The notes: a model not told the origin generated them from the letters alone. A stretch of 64,000 nt of DNA from Eledone cirrhosa (GCA_964016885.1 OZ024740.1:300514001-300578000), one strand, 5' to 3'; counted from the first letter of the stretch, positions 13,199-25,240 are shown. Program-made: numbers and translations.

Positions 13199-14725
13199 AA
13201 GGTTCGAAAGGAGCGAAGCTGAACCGAGACAAATCAGTCGGTTTGCAACGTGGAGAGGCAAACCGATGCCTTCAGATGGCGTCGTCGAACGCTGGACGGA
13301 AGGACCGGTAAAGCTGCTCGGGGTTTGGTTTGGTCCGGACCTGCAGGTAGAGAAGAAGTGGAACGAGTTGACGGCCAAGGTGTTTGCGCTCACCCAGAAG
13401 TGGGCCGAGTGCAAACTATCCTTGAAAGGTCGAGCGGAGGTGGCCAACACTTTTATAGCGCCTGTCATCTACTACCGCTTGACCATCGTGCCTAACCAGC
13501 CAAAACGCTCACCAAAATAAAGCGCGCGCTCTTCCATTTTCTTTGGAAGAAACGGGCTTCTTTTGTGAGAAGATCCATCTGCTGCCAAAACCCTTCAAAC
13601 GGAGGGCTGGGAATGCCGTGCCTGACGATGCGCAAACACGCGCTCAGGCTGCGGACCTCTGCGTATTCCTCACCGGACAACCGGTGTGGGCCCGTTCGTG
13701 AAGCGAGCCTTCCCACAACTCGCTTCGCTGACCGAGCTGCAGACCATGGACAAGCAAATACCGAGGAAAATGAGCGACTGGCACATCGAATGAGCTCAGG
13801 CGCTCACAGTTATCTTGCTAACGGACCCCGCGATTAGTGGAGACTCCACTTCGTCATTCTATAGAGGGTTGGTCCGCAGCAAGTGCGACGACGCGCTCTG
13901 AGAAACTCTAGGCGTAGAAGAGGACGAACTGGCCGGTCTGGTCGGTAGGACCTTCCGCTCGGGACCGATGGACAACTTACACAATTCCCTAGCCGGACAG
14001 TGCTACCGCGGAGCTCTACCAGTTCGTGACAAGCTTTACAGACACGGGCGCCCGGGTAGGGACCCTTCGAAAAAGATCTGTCCGAGATGCGTGCGCGACG
14101 ATGAAACCGTCGTGCATGCAGTTGTACACTGCCCGGGCGTTACCGACCTGTGGGGATATGTAGACTATTGTCGCGGGTGGGACCAATTCAGTTGACCACC
14201 GAGTCCGTTGTCACGATCAATCTGCCACCCTGCTTCAAAAACGAAGGAGATGCGGATTTCCTGTGTGTTATGGCTATGGTGAAAGCGGTTATATTGTGGA
14301 CGAGGTTAAAAGGGCTGAGATCAGACACTTTTCTTTCCGGCGAACAACTGATTCGTTTTATCAAATATCATTTTGGAAGAATAATCAGGAAGGAGAGAGA
14401 GGTGCTGTACCCCAGCAAATGTTATGAAAGGTGGGTGAATGTGGCAAAGATGGCCCGAGCGGTTGGGCCTTCTCTCTATATAAGCCTGTAGGTTGAGGAA
14501 AAAGAGGGGAAGAGGAAGGGAGTACTCACACTTGGTGCTCCTGGAGATATAGGTTTTACTTTTTTTGTCGGAGTGTGTACAACCCATGTTTAACGCCTCC
14601 CCCTATTGGGGATCTCAATTGTTATTTGTTGTTTTATTAATGGTTTTATTTTCATATACCTGTATGTAAACTCTCCATTTGTATTTGTCCACTTCTTTTG
14701 TGCCCTCGTAGCTAATAAAGAAATG
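13199..14725 (+). mobile_element. Second, 5'-truncated and diverged copy of the Tx1-like element, head-to-tail with the first
   Basis: Same ORF2 motifs (WTEGPVKLLGVWFGPDLQVEKKW, LSLKGRAEVANTFIA, KICPRCVRDDETVVHAVVHCP). Ends AATAAAGAAATG followed by (TATC)n at 14726-14790. Confidence 0.9.
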
Positions 14726-14783
<58 letters not shown>

Positions 14784-14838
14784 CCTATCTGTAAATCATT
14801 CTCACTTTCTCCCACTGCATATAAATGTATTATCCTTA

Positions 14839-14890
<52 letters not shown>

Positions 14891-14959
14891 AAAAAGGGAG
14901 GAAATCGAAAATGCAACTGAAGTCTTATTTAAAAAAAATATATATATATTTATTTGGTT

Positions 14960-14997
14960 CCTTTACCGGTTTCGCAGTTCTTCTGCTTTTCAAAAGG
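14960..14997 (-). ncRNA. Minimal type I hammerhead, U3-A8 core variant (family B)
   Basis: Reverse complement reads CCUU UUGAAAA GCAG AAGAA CUGC GAAA CCGG UA AAGG. Confidence 0.8.
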
Positions 14998-15067
14998 TGA
15001 GTTGAGATGGAGGGTCTGTGGTTTTTCTCACATGTGAGAAAATCCACAGACCCTCCATCTCAACTCA

Positions 15068-15105
15068 CCTTTTGAAAAGCAGAAGAACTGCGAAACCGGT
15101 AAAGG
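15068..15105 (+). ncRNA. Minimal type I hammerhead, U3-A8 core variant (family B)
   Basis: CCUU UUGAAAA GCAG AAGAA CUGC GAAA CCGG UA AAGG. Stem I 4 bp, stem II 4 bp, palindromic ACCGGU stem III, GUA triplet. Confidence 0.8.
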
Positions 15106-15254
15106 AACCAAATAAATATATATATTTAAAAAAAAAATAAGACTTCAGTTGCATTTTCGATTTCATCCCTTTTTCTTTATACTTCCACTCGTGTAGGACA
15201 CCTCGGTTATTTTTCATTTTGTAAAAACAAAAACAAAAAAAACCTCACTTTCTA

Positions 15255-15326
<72 letters not shown>

Positions 15327-15480
15327 TATTATTATATTTATCATTGTTACTATATATATATATATATATACGAAAACACCATTCAGCATACAAGGTATGC
15401 AGTGGCAGACTGGTCATGTCGTCAGCTTGCCTTATGACAAGAGGGCCCATTGTTCACCCATGGTCCTTTATATATATATA

Positions 15481-16098
15481 CAGCGGCGGGTAAAATTTAC
15501 CTTCAAGGACAGCAATCAGAAACTAGAAGTGTGTTGATCCTCAAAAATGATAGGAAGAAAGAAAAATAAATATAGAAAATGGACGAAACAAGATGTCTGT
15601 ATGTGAGGAAACGACCGAAGCTATGTCCGTTCTATTCGACGCGGTTCATCTCTTAGGCATTAGAATTTCCGGTGATGTATACTGCATTTAAAATGTAAGT
15701 TGAATTTTCTCACTCTGTCTATCTTGTTCGATTTATTTTTTATTGTCTCCCTGTAAATGGTCAAGCCTGGTTTATCTTATCTTTGATGTACCGTCACCTG
15801 CCCCAAGCATTTTAACACGGCGCTATTCTCTTTTCATCACAGTGAAGTTAACTACCGCTAACAAACCGTTCCCAAGCCTAATTAAACAATGTATACTATC
15901 ATTACATATTATTCCGCATATGAATGTTCTGTTCGGTACACTTCCAGCAGATCGGGACCGCAGATCTGCTGCAGGAATCCGGGTATACTAAAATTCTTCC
16001 CCACACAAGACGTCTTCCTCACTGATTAACGAAAGTTAATCTGGCCAGCTGGGTTCAAATTTTAGTAATACGAACATAATTGGCCATTCAGTGAACGA

Positions 16099-16147
<49 letters not shown>

Positions 16148-16348
16148 ACTGAGAGATGACGCATGTCGAATAGACAGAACATACCATCGGTCGTTTCCTC
16201 ACTCACTGAATGGCCAATTAAGTTCGTATTACTAAAATTTGAACCCAGCTGGCCAGATTAACTTTCGTTAATCAGTGAGGAAGACGGCTTGTGTGAGGAA
16301 GAATGTTAGTATACCCGGATTCCTGCAGCAAATTCTGCGGTCCCGATC

Positions 16349-16352
<4 letters not shown>
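15481..16352. repeat. (TA)n-flanked repeat with inverted partial duplication
   Basis: Approx. 16203-16350 is the reverse complement of approx. 15948-16094. Approx. 16150-16202 is an inverted, diverged copy of approx. 15602-15652. Confidence 0.7.
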
Positions 16353-16408
<56 letters not shown>

Positions 16409-16484
16409 CCAATCATATCTCATTTTGTTTCACCCGTTTAGCTTGTTCGCTTTTTTTGGCTATGGTGGCTATGGTTTCTTAACC

Positions 16485-16621
16485 ATCGTCTCAAAGTGTA
16501 CGACCATTGTAACTTATGTTTATAGCCCTGCTATCCTCTTCATATGCATGGAGCGCTTGTCTGCATAATATAGAAGTTGCGTTTCGCTAATTTCTACCCG
16601 CCGAAATGCGATTCTCGCTAA

Positions 16622-16675
<54 letters not shown>

Positions 16676-16812
16676 TTAGCGAGAATCGCATTTCGGCGGG
16701 TAGAAATTAGCGAAACGCAACTTCTATATTATGCAGACAAGCGCTCCATGCATATGAAGAGGATAGCAGGGCTATAAACATAAGTTACAATGGTCGTACA
16801 CTTTGAGACGAT
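16485..16812. repeat. Perfect ~140-bp inverted repeat centred on a (TA)n tract
   Basis: ATCGTCTCAAAG...CTCGCTAAATTTA (TA)n TAAATTTAGCGAG...CTTTGAGACGAT. Confidence 0.85.
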
Positions 16813-17751
16813 CTGATGTTGGTCCCCTCTCTCACTTCCGTTTTCCTTCGTCTCTCCCTCTTTGCGCCTGTTCTCACTAAGATCAGACGTGTTTCTCTTC
16901 GCTCTTTCTCATGCTGTTAATGCGGATTCAAGGCTTACATTCGGTTTCCCTTTTAACGCCTCTCTCTCCTATTGGTTACTGCAACTTATATTTACTACTG
17001 TCTCATGTTTTCCTCTCGCTATTTGTATATTTTTCTTCTGTTTATTTTACCTTTTCTGTCGTTCTCTTCGCTATCGTCTCTGTTTTTTGGGGGGAGGGAG
17101 TTTTGTTTTCTCTTAAATTATTCTTTTAGTTGTTACCACACTTTGCTGAGATGTACTGTCTTTAATGCGGAAAAACATCAGCAACCTACTGCTGACAGCT
17201 GAAGAGTGGGAGTTGTCCTTATGTTTGTTCTTTTCTTATGTTTTCTAAACTATATTTCATTAGTAACCACATAGCGCCTTTGTCACTTTAATTCATATTA
17301 ATGTATAAACTCCATCCAAAGGAGTAAGAAACGAGAGACAAAACATTAATTTAGAGCCGTTAAGCTACAACACACATACAATTTTGTGTGACGAGGGGGA
17401 AAGAGTGTGGTGCCTCATAGAACGAGATATGAAACAAAGAAAAAAAAGGAAAAAAAAGGAAGGAAGCAAAAAAGCAAAGAGAAGAAAGTAAGATATCGTG
17501 TTAATAATGTAAATCGAGCCGTTAAATTGTGGGTGAATAGATAAACACTTTCGTCACAGAAACTTAACTGGAGAAAATTAACAAAGAAAGGACAAGTCAC
17601 CAAACGGAAAGAAAACCATACGAAAAACAATTTAAATATATATATATACAAACAAGGGCTACAGAACTACACTGTGACCAGCCGTTGGGATATACCTCTA
17701 CCAACGGTATTGCTAGTTCATATATATATGCATATGTGTGTATGTGTGTGA

Positions 17752-17809
<58 letters not shown>

Positions 17810-17819
17810 GTGCGTGCGC

Positions 17820-17866
<47 letters not shown>

Positions 17867-18239
17867 TAGATATATGCACATGCGAATGCTTTCTTTTTCT
17901 TATATATTCAATTTGAATTAATGTCTCTTTCCTCCTCATTTAAGAATATAAACGAAAAAAAAAAAAAAAAATAAAAACGATCTCATACAGCTTGTTATAA
18001 ACTTCGAAAAGAAGCTGCATCATTTATATTTATTTGATGATATCTTTGGAAGTGTTGCATCGTCCCATTATCTTTTTCTGACTTATCAACACCTCTAGGG
18101 AATTATATCTAGGTAAACACTTAGATATGCAAACAGATATGTATGTCGATATCGATATATCTCTCTCTATATATATATGCTCTCTCTCTCTCTATATATA
18201 TATATATATTTATAGAGAGACAGTGAGAAACATATACAC

Positions 18240-19327
18240 ACATCTTAAACAAAAAATCTGAGGCAATTTCGGCTTGTAAACATAAATTGCACAAAACTTT
18301 CCTGTATTACAGCTCCACGTTATACCCTAACGGATAGTACAATCTATACGTGGACATTTTACGTCTCGATGTGGGAGCTAAGTATATGTTTTGTTTATAC
18401 CTTTACTTATTTGCATAGGTAAGTATATATTATCCGTATGTTTTATGAAGGTACGTATACCTTCTCGTACGTATATTTGATTGTTATGACGTATAATTTT
18501 TTTTTTTTAATATATTCTGGTACATATGGTTGGGCTATGTGTATACGGGAGTTTTGCGTCTGTGTGAGTATGCAGGTTCGTACGTATGTAGGGCGTGTGT
18601 ATATGTGTACTTCGTGTTTTGGTTGACTTACGTCTCCGAACATTCGTGTATTTACATGTAGGTATGTGTGTGCGCTTGTTATATACGTATTTATTTATTT
18701 ATATACGTTTATATAATTATTTATTTATTTGTATACACGCTTACACACACACACATATTTATATGTGCGTAAGTTTTTGCGTATGCTTGTGTATGTACGT
18801 ATTTGTTTGCGTGTATGTATTTATTTATTTCTATTACTTCTGTATTGTATTTATTTACTTTGTTCTTAACTCTGTAGCGGAGATTCATTCGGTCTCCTAG
18901 TTAGAATTTAGTCTACGACTTCTGCTATACCATTTACGTGGTTTTGTCTTTGCGTGCTATTGTTCTCTACGCTCCACATATGACGTATTATCTTCGTTTT
19001 TTCGTTCATTGCCAGAGAACGTCTCTATGCACCACTTAAGAGAACATTAGTCTACGACCTCTTTTATACCATAAACGTGGTTCTGTCTTTGCGCGTAATT
19101 GTTTTTCACCGCTCCTATTAATGACGTATTATATTCGTTTTTTCCCGTTCTTAGCCAGCGAACGTTCCCACGAACCAAACCAAAGTATCGTCTTCCTGTC
19201 TTCCTCCGGTTGCAACGTTTTTTGAAATATCCAGTTCTGCGTTTACAGATTGACTTTGTTAGTTTCAGAAGATCCCGTTAAGGGTGAAAACAGCGATTCT
19301 TTGCTTAAACTTGAATCTATTATTTTA

Positions 19328-19373
<46 letters not shown>

Positions 19374-19590
19374 ATAATAATAAATTTGAAGCCTAAAATT
19401 CAAAGAGGGGTCGATAAGGATAAATATATTTCAGATATATAAGAACCGTAGGCAAATATTTATTAAAATAACAGATTAAAGTTTAAGCAAAGAATCGCTG
19501 CTTTCACCCTTAACGGGATATCAAGATTCTGTTAAGGGTGAAAGCACCGAATCTTTTCTTAAACTTTAATCTGTTATTTTAATATATATA
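18240..19590 (+). repeat. Composite interspersed repeat (family N) with dispersed copies
   Basis: 18243-18450 matches 41040-41220. 19150-19450 matches 2090-2500, 39800-40130 (minus) and 55975-56145 (minus). Confidence 0.7.
19261..19311 (+). ncRNA. Hammerhead-topology motif with A at core position 4 (family N)
   Basis: AGUUU CAGAAGA U CCC GUUAA GGG U GAAA (G/A)CAG CGAUUCU UUGC UU AAACU. More decayed or partial copies at approx. 2152-2202, 2327-2377, 19480-19520(-), 19525-19565, 39837-39885(-), 55993-56043(-). Confidence 0.6.
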
Positions 19591-19595
19591 TACAG

Positions 19596-19629
<34 letters not shown>

Positions 19630-19659
19630 AGTGGTTATACAAGAGGTAGTTCACCATTC

Positions 19660-19697
19660 CGAGAACAATTGTTTCACCTTAGCGGATCCTCAGATCG
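19660..19697 (-). ncRNA. Minimal hammerhead candidate in a ~65-bp-arm foldback (19628-19768) (family O)
   Basis: CGAU CUGAGGA U CC GCUAA GG U GAAA CAAUUG UU CUCG. The plus arm repeats it but is truncated in the core. Confidence 0.55.
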
Positions 19698-19964
19698 TTA
19701 TGCGAGGATCCGCTAAGGTGAAACAATTGTTCTCGGTATGGTGAACTAACTGTTGTGTTACCACTTCTACCTAACTCGTCTCATGGACTGAGTGCTCTAC
19801 CACTACGGATATTAACTTCAATTGTTCTACCTCCCTCTCTATATATATGTATATATATATATCCTTACACTCATACGTGCATACTAACACACTGACACAG
19901 AGACACCCACACAGACACACACACAAATATATATATATACATATGTAAATGTATATTTATACAC

Positions 19965-20018
<54 letters not shown>

Positions 20019-20020
<2 letters not shown>

Positions 20021-20456
20021 AAAGTTATATTTAAATTGTTGTGTTACAACTAGTAAATATTTATAACTGATATAAAAGCACTCGACAAATATTTGGAGTA
20101 TATTTACAATATTAAATAAATGGAAACTATATTTATAAAACCATATCTATTTCATTATATATATTTCAGGGATAACATATTAACAATATGCTATGCCTTC
20201 CTCATACAAAATACAATATAAACAGTTTAATAGATAAATAGATTCGACATACCGTAACAACATCTACTTGCATTTGAGAAGGTTGATTTGTATGTAAGTA
20301 GATGTTGTTACGGTATGTCGAATCTATTTATCTATAAAACTGTTTATATTGTATTTTGTATGAGGAAGGCATAGCATATTGTTAATATGTTATCCCTGAA
20401 ATATATATAATGAAATAGATATGGTTTTATAAATATAGTTTCCATTTATTTAATAT

Positions 20457-20458
<2 letters not shown>
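20019..20458. mobile_element. PLE-pLTR-like foldback (family D), arms approx. 20107-20272 / 20295-20458, with a C3-mutated hammerhead in both arms
   Basis: Homologous to 28620-28838. UAUUUUGU AUGAGGA AGG...CCU GAAA UAUAUA UA AUGAAAUA at 20352-20417. Confidence 0.75.
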
Positions 20459-20508
<50 letters not shown>

Positions 20509-21574
20509 TCCGTGTGTGTGTGTGCGTGTCTCTGTGTCAGTGTGTCCGTATGTACGTATGCGTGGAAGGATAGAAGCATGTGCATATGTACAGAAGACAG
20601 TATCTCATGTGGATATGGTCCAGAACCGTTTTGACGTTACCTTCTGTAACCAGACCATACTGATGGAACAATTGTCGTCGGTTTGTAATTGACTGCCTAC
20701 AATGTTGAGGACCAGTCATTTAGTGTACATGCCATCGGCATACTGAAATTAAGAAATGGTTCATTAAACAATATTTGTATTTATTAAATCATCTGTGTAA
20801 GTTTAACTAATTCAACAGGAACTCTTTTGTCGTATATTCTAAAAGAGTTTATCCCTACGAATCACAATTCTCATTTGTAACAACTTCAAAAGTATATTCC
20901 TGTAAAAATGCATTACATTTAATAATAACAATTACATCAACCTAAAAAAAACTCTCCGATATTACCTAGGTTTAGTATGAATCAAATGCAGTTAATTCTA
21001 TATGATAGCAGACTATACTTAAATCTTTCCAAACGGCAACAAAGCAATATGGCGAATTACTATTGATAGTGCTGCACTGGTTGGCTTTATAACTGCTTTT
21101 GTGTTATGTTGTCTGCTGTAGAATGTCAAGTAATATAATTTAGTTGCTTGCCTATTGTCTACCCTATTGATATTTCTATTCCTTTGGTAATTAAGGGGGT
21201 ACAGTGTAGGTGTGACAGTGAGAGGAGAGAAACAGTAGCGTTAGATAAGGAGGGTGTCTGTAAGATAAATGTAGTATGATCTAGAGCAATGGAGTCAAAA
21301 AGATTGAATACAAGTTATAGACGCACAGTAAGCGTGATGGAGAAGAGAGGGATAAAGAAAGAGCGAAAGAGAAAGAAAGAGAGAGACAGAGAGAGAGGGA
21401 AAGAGAGAAAGAGAAAGAAAAAAAGAAAGAGAGGGAGAACAGGAAAGAAAATAAAGAAATATTGAGAGAGTGGATATCTGAGAGTGTTAAAGACATACCA
21501 TAAATGAAAAAGACAAATGCGAGAGAAATATAGATGGGTAGTAACTATCAAGAACAGGCAGAGGCAGCGTGAAA

Positions 21575-21590
21575 CAGAGAGAGAGAGAGT

Positions 21591-21688
<98 letters not shown>

Positions 21689-21706
21689 AGAGAGAGAGAG
21701 AGAGAG
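21575..21706. repeat. (GA)n microsatellite
   Basis: Long AG dinucleotide run. Confidence 0.95.
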
Positions 21707-22037
21707 TGATGGTTGTGGAAATATGAATGAAAAGTAGGTAAAGGAGAAATATAGATGGAGCAATGAGTTGAAAATTAAGATATATGTAGAAGATAGCAGA
21801 AAACTAAGAAGAAAATTGTACAAAGGTAACAGAACGAAGTAATTGATTTATAGAAGGTACTATTTAGCGACAGAAAAAGAAAAAAAGAAGAGAGATATAA
21901 ATATACAGATATAGGCATATATATATATATATGTATATGTATATATATATAATAAGGAGTTGACGGACCGGTTGTATCTCAGCGTACTCAATAGTTAATG
22001 TATGATTGTTATTCGCTTCAATACGACACACGTAAAC

Positions 22038-22090
<53 letters not shown>

Positions 22091-22097
22091 TATATTA

Positions 22098-22270
22098 GGT
22101 GAAGTATTGGTAGAGGGTAGGACATGCTTTCCAGCGTAGTTATGTCCCTTTACGATCTGAGTTCAAATCCTACCGAGGTTAACTTTCATCCTTACGGGGT
22201 CGATAAAATAAAGTACCAGTAATGTACTGGATAATTGCAGGCCTTGTAACAAAAGTAGAAACAATTATTA
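22098..22270 (+). mobile_element. tRNA-derived SINE (octopus-type, MetaSINE-like core)
   Basis: B box GAGTTCAAATCC, core TTTCATCCTTACGGGGTCGATAAAATAAAGTACCAGT, tail GTAGAAACAATTATT. Confidence 0.85.
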
Positions 22271-22363
22271 AGATTAAAATGTGAGTCTTGTGATTCTGGA
22301 ATTTTGTCTGTCTTTCCGTGTCATCAGATGAGCTAACGATTCATTGGAAGACACAATATATAT

Positions 22364-22400
<37 letters not shown>

Positions 22401-22412
22401 GGAACCAGTAAG

Positions 22413-22506
22413 ACCCCGACGGCTGAGCTCAAGCCGTTTCGACGGCTAATTCTGGACTAAATGAACATTTATCCTGGTATTTAAATACCCGATCTTCTCA
22501 AGGGGT
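22413..22506 (-). ncRNA. Type I hammerhead, U3-A8 core, extended stem II (family A)
   Basis: ACCCC UUGAGAA GAUCGG...CCGUC GAAA CGGC UUGAGCUCA GCCG UC GGGGU. Perfect 5-bp stem I, GUC triplet. Confidence 0.82.
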
Positions 22507-23575
22507 AATTCCATATATGGTCAAAGTGATTGTCAAAAGTAAGTAGTAATTCTGTGATTGCAAATTAGTAGGGGAGATGGTGGCTAAACCTGCCAGTAGG
22601 AGAAAGAGGGGAGGGGGTGGAGTAGACCCAATCAAGCGTTGGTAGTGCCAGCTACAGCTGGGCATGAGGTCAAAGAAGATACTGGGGAGAGGGAGGGGGA
22701 GGAAGTCGGAAGGTTGGTAGAACAATGAGGGGTAAAAATATATATGAAAGAAAAAATACTGAGAGTGAAGAAAAGCGAATAAGTGTAAAGAAAAAAAGTA
22801 AAGCAAGTTCTACGACCTAAGTCTCTAGCTATTGTTAGGCTAGATAAATAAATAAAGGAAGAAAGAAGTAAAGAAAGAAATAAAGAAATAACGAAATAAG
22901 TAAATGAACTAGGTGGGGCGGTATAGGCAAGGACCCTTTTAAGGTGACAGGTCAACAAATGGGGCCAAAATACTAAAGAGACTACCACGAAATAAATAAT
23001 AAAGGTTTCTATCCCGGGCACAAGGCCAGCAACCACCCAGTGCAGCAAAGTAAACTAGTACGAGATAATAATTCTGAGTCCCGAAAAAAATATATACTAA
23101 TGCTAACTCTAAAAGATCTTAAACAAGCTACATGAAAGTTCGTACGAAGTAAAGGTAGAATACGGAAAAATAAATTCAGAATCCACCCCGCCCAAAAGAA
23201 AAGCGAAGAAAGAAATACTGAAACGAGAAAATAAGGCGTAAGTGCCACTAAGAAATATAGAAGGCCCGGAAAATAGTGGGAGCGGTCGGAAAAAGGGGGC
23301 AAGTATCCGGGGTCTAAATCAACTGCTATAAAAAGCGGAGTCCGCCAAATCTATCATAGACTACGGGAGGGGGTGGGGTTACTAAGGCTACAAGGGGCCA
23401 AAGGGCAGCCTCGGGTGGGCGAGAAAAGACGCCGACAAAGAAGAAGAGCTGGGGTAGAAGGACTAAGGAGGGATGGGTGGAAGGAAATAAAGGAAGCCAT
23501 AAAAGAATAAAAAGAAGATCTTACGTCTCCCTTGGCAAGCAGGGTTTACCCATTGCAAAATCGGCAAGTGAGGTG

Positions 23576-24196
23576 TTATAGCCCTAGTCGACCCCCCCCC
23601 CCCGGGTCATTATGGGGTTTGAGGGCGAGGTAAGTCCTACGCAATCTATGTTTACATGCAGTAACCAGTTCATCTTTCTTGTTTAGGAGTTGGTCCGTCG
23701 AAAACAGTATTTGTAAAGTTTCCTCCGAACATAAATTGCACGGACGGCGTCCTCCCGTGTAAGAATTAGCTCTGGACAGTAATCTCCAAGTGAGATCATA
23801 GGTGATGTTGTTGTCCTTGAGGTCCCATATGTGGCCCGAAAGTGTAGTGGCGTGACGCCGGGCCGAGTTTCGGAAGGTATGTCTATGTTGGTATAGCCGG
23901 GTCTTGAAGTCACATGCGGTAAGTCCTATATAGGCTTTGTTGGAGGTATCCGTCCTCACGTTGCACTGGTAGATCACATTACGGTCTCTGCATCTATTGT
24001 CGAGTGGGCAAATGGATCTATCCGGACAGTTACACCTCCTGGTCGGTTCTCCACTACCTATTTAGGTTATTTCTGCCATCGGGGTTGAGTTTTTTGTTGT
24101 TAGAGGAGACGATGTTTTGTGCGAAGTTTGGTGTAGTGCTGTAAGAGAGTTTGATGGTATTTTTGTTAATTATGTTGTGGTAGCGGTGTTGTAGTG
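23576..24196 (-). pseudogene. PLE C-terminal RT thumb/linker plus GIY-YIG endonuclease (one frameshift near 24058)
   Basis: HRYHNIINKNTIKLSYSTTPN, CNCPDRSICPLDNRC, VIYQCNV...AYIGLTACDFKTRLYQHRHTF, TTLSGHIWDLK, CNLCSEE, LLNKKDEL..CKH. Confidence 0.92.
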
Positions 24197-25055
24197 GGAC
24201 TCCGCTTTTTATAGCAGTTGGTTTAGACCCCGGATACTTGCCCCCTTTTTCCGACCGCTCCCACTATTTTCCGGGCCTTCTATATTTCTTAGTGGCACTT
24301 ACGCCTTATTTTCTCGTTTCAGTATTTCTTTCTTCGCTTTTCTTTTGGGCGGGGTGGATTCTGAATTTATTTTTCCGTATTCTACCTTTACTTCGTACGA
24401 ACTTTTATGTAGCTTGTTTAAGATCTTTTAGAGTTAGCATTAGTATATATTTTTTCGGGACTCAGAATTATTATCTCGTACTAGTTTACTTTGCTGCACT
24501 GGGTGGTTGCTGGCCTTGTGCCCGGGATAGAAACCTTTATTATTTATTTCGTGGTAGTCTCTTTAGTATTTTGGCCCCATTTGTTGACCTGTCACCGTAT
24601 GATTTACGTACTTATACCTCTTAAAAGGGTCCTTGCCTATACCGTCCCACCTAGTTCATTTACTTATTTCGTTATTTCTTTATTTCTTTCTTTACTTCTT
24701 TCTTTCTTTATTTATTTATCTAGCCTAACAATAGCTAGAGACTTAGGTCGTAGAACTTGCTTTACTTTTTTCTTTACACTTATTCGCTTTTCTTCACTCT
24801 CAGTATTTTTTCTTTCATATATATTTTTACCCCTCATTGTTCTACCAACCTTCCGACTTCCTCCCCCTCCCTCTCCCCAGTATCTTCTTTGACCTCATGC
24901 CCAGCTGTAGCTGGCACTACCAACGCTTGATTGGGTCTACTCCACCCCCTCCCCTCTTTCTCCTACTGGCAGGTTTAGCCACCATCTCCCCTACTAATTT
25001 GCAATCACAGAATTACTACTTACTTTTGACAATCACTTTGACCATATATGGAATT

Positions 25056-25149
25056 ACCCCTTGAGAAGATCGGGTATTTAAATACCAGGATAAATTTTCA
25101 TTTAGTCCAGACTTAGCCGTCGAAACGGCTTGAGCTCAGCCGTCGGTGT
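25056..25149 (+). ncRNA. Type I hammerhead, U3-A8 core, extended stem II (family A)
   Basis: Same as 22413-22506, with one stem I mismatch (GGUGU). Confidence 0.78.
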
Positions 25150-25240
25150 CTTACTGGTTCTTATTACCGACTCTACTACCCCAAGTATTGAGTACTTTGG
25201 TGCGTTATGGTCCACCTGGTTCCTTACCACATTTCCTTCG

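Larger units (their letters stand above)
14887..15257. mobile_element. Foldback element (family B): ~146-bp near-perfect inverted arms with no spacer plus a ~75-bp tail
   Basis: Symmetry centre CTCACA|TGTGAG at 15032/15033. Same structure at 55589-55945. Single arms at 30641-30790 and 59505-59652. Confidence 0.85.

Noticed and set aside
16146-16185. CUGAGAGA UGAC GCAU GUC GAAUAG motif; also isolated CTGATGA hits at approx. 22320 (-), 43421, 43826 (-), 50210 and 53990 (-)
   Set aside because: Three stems cannot be closed around the core, so these are treated as chance or too decayed.
22498-25064. Paired near-identical hydrophobic ORFs (e.g. 23009-23302 and 24238-24624)
   Set aside because: Pyrimidine-rich PLE 3'UTR duplicated by the inverted repeat, not membrane proteins.
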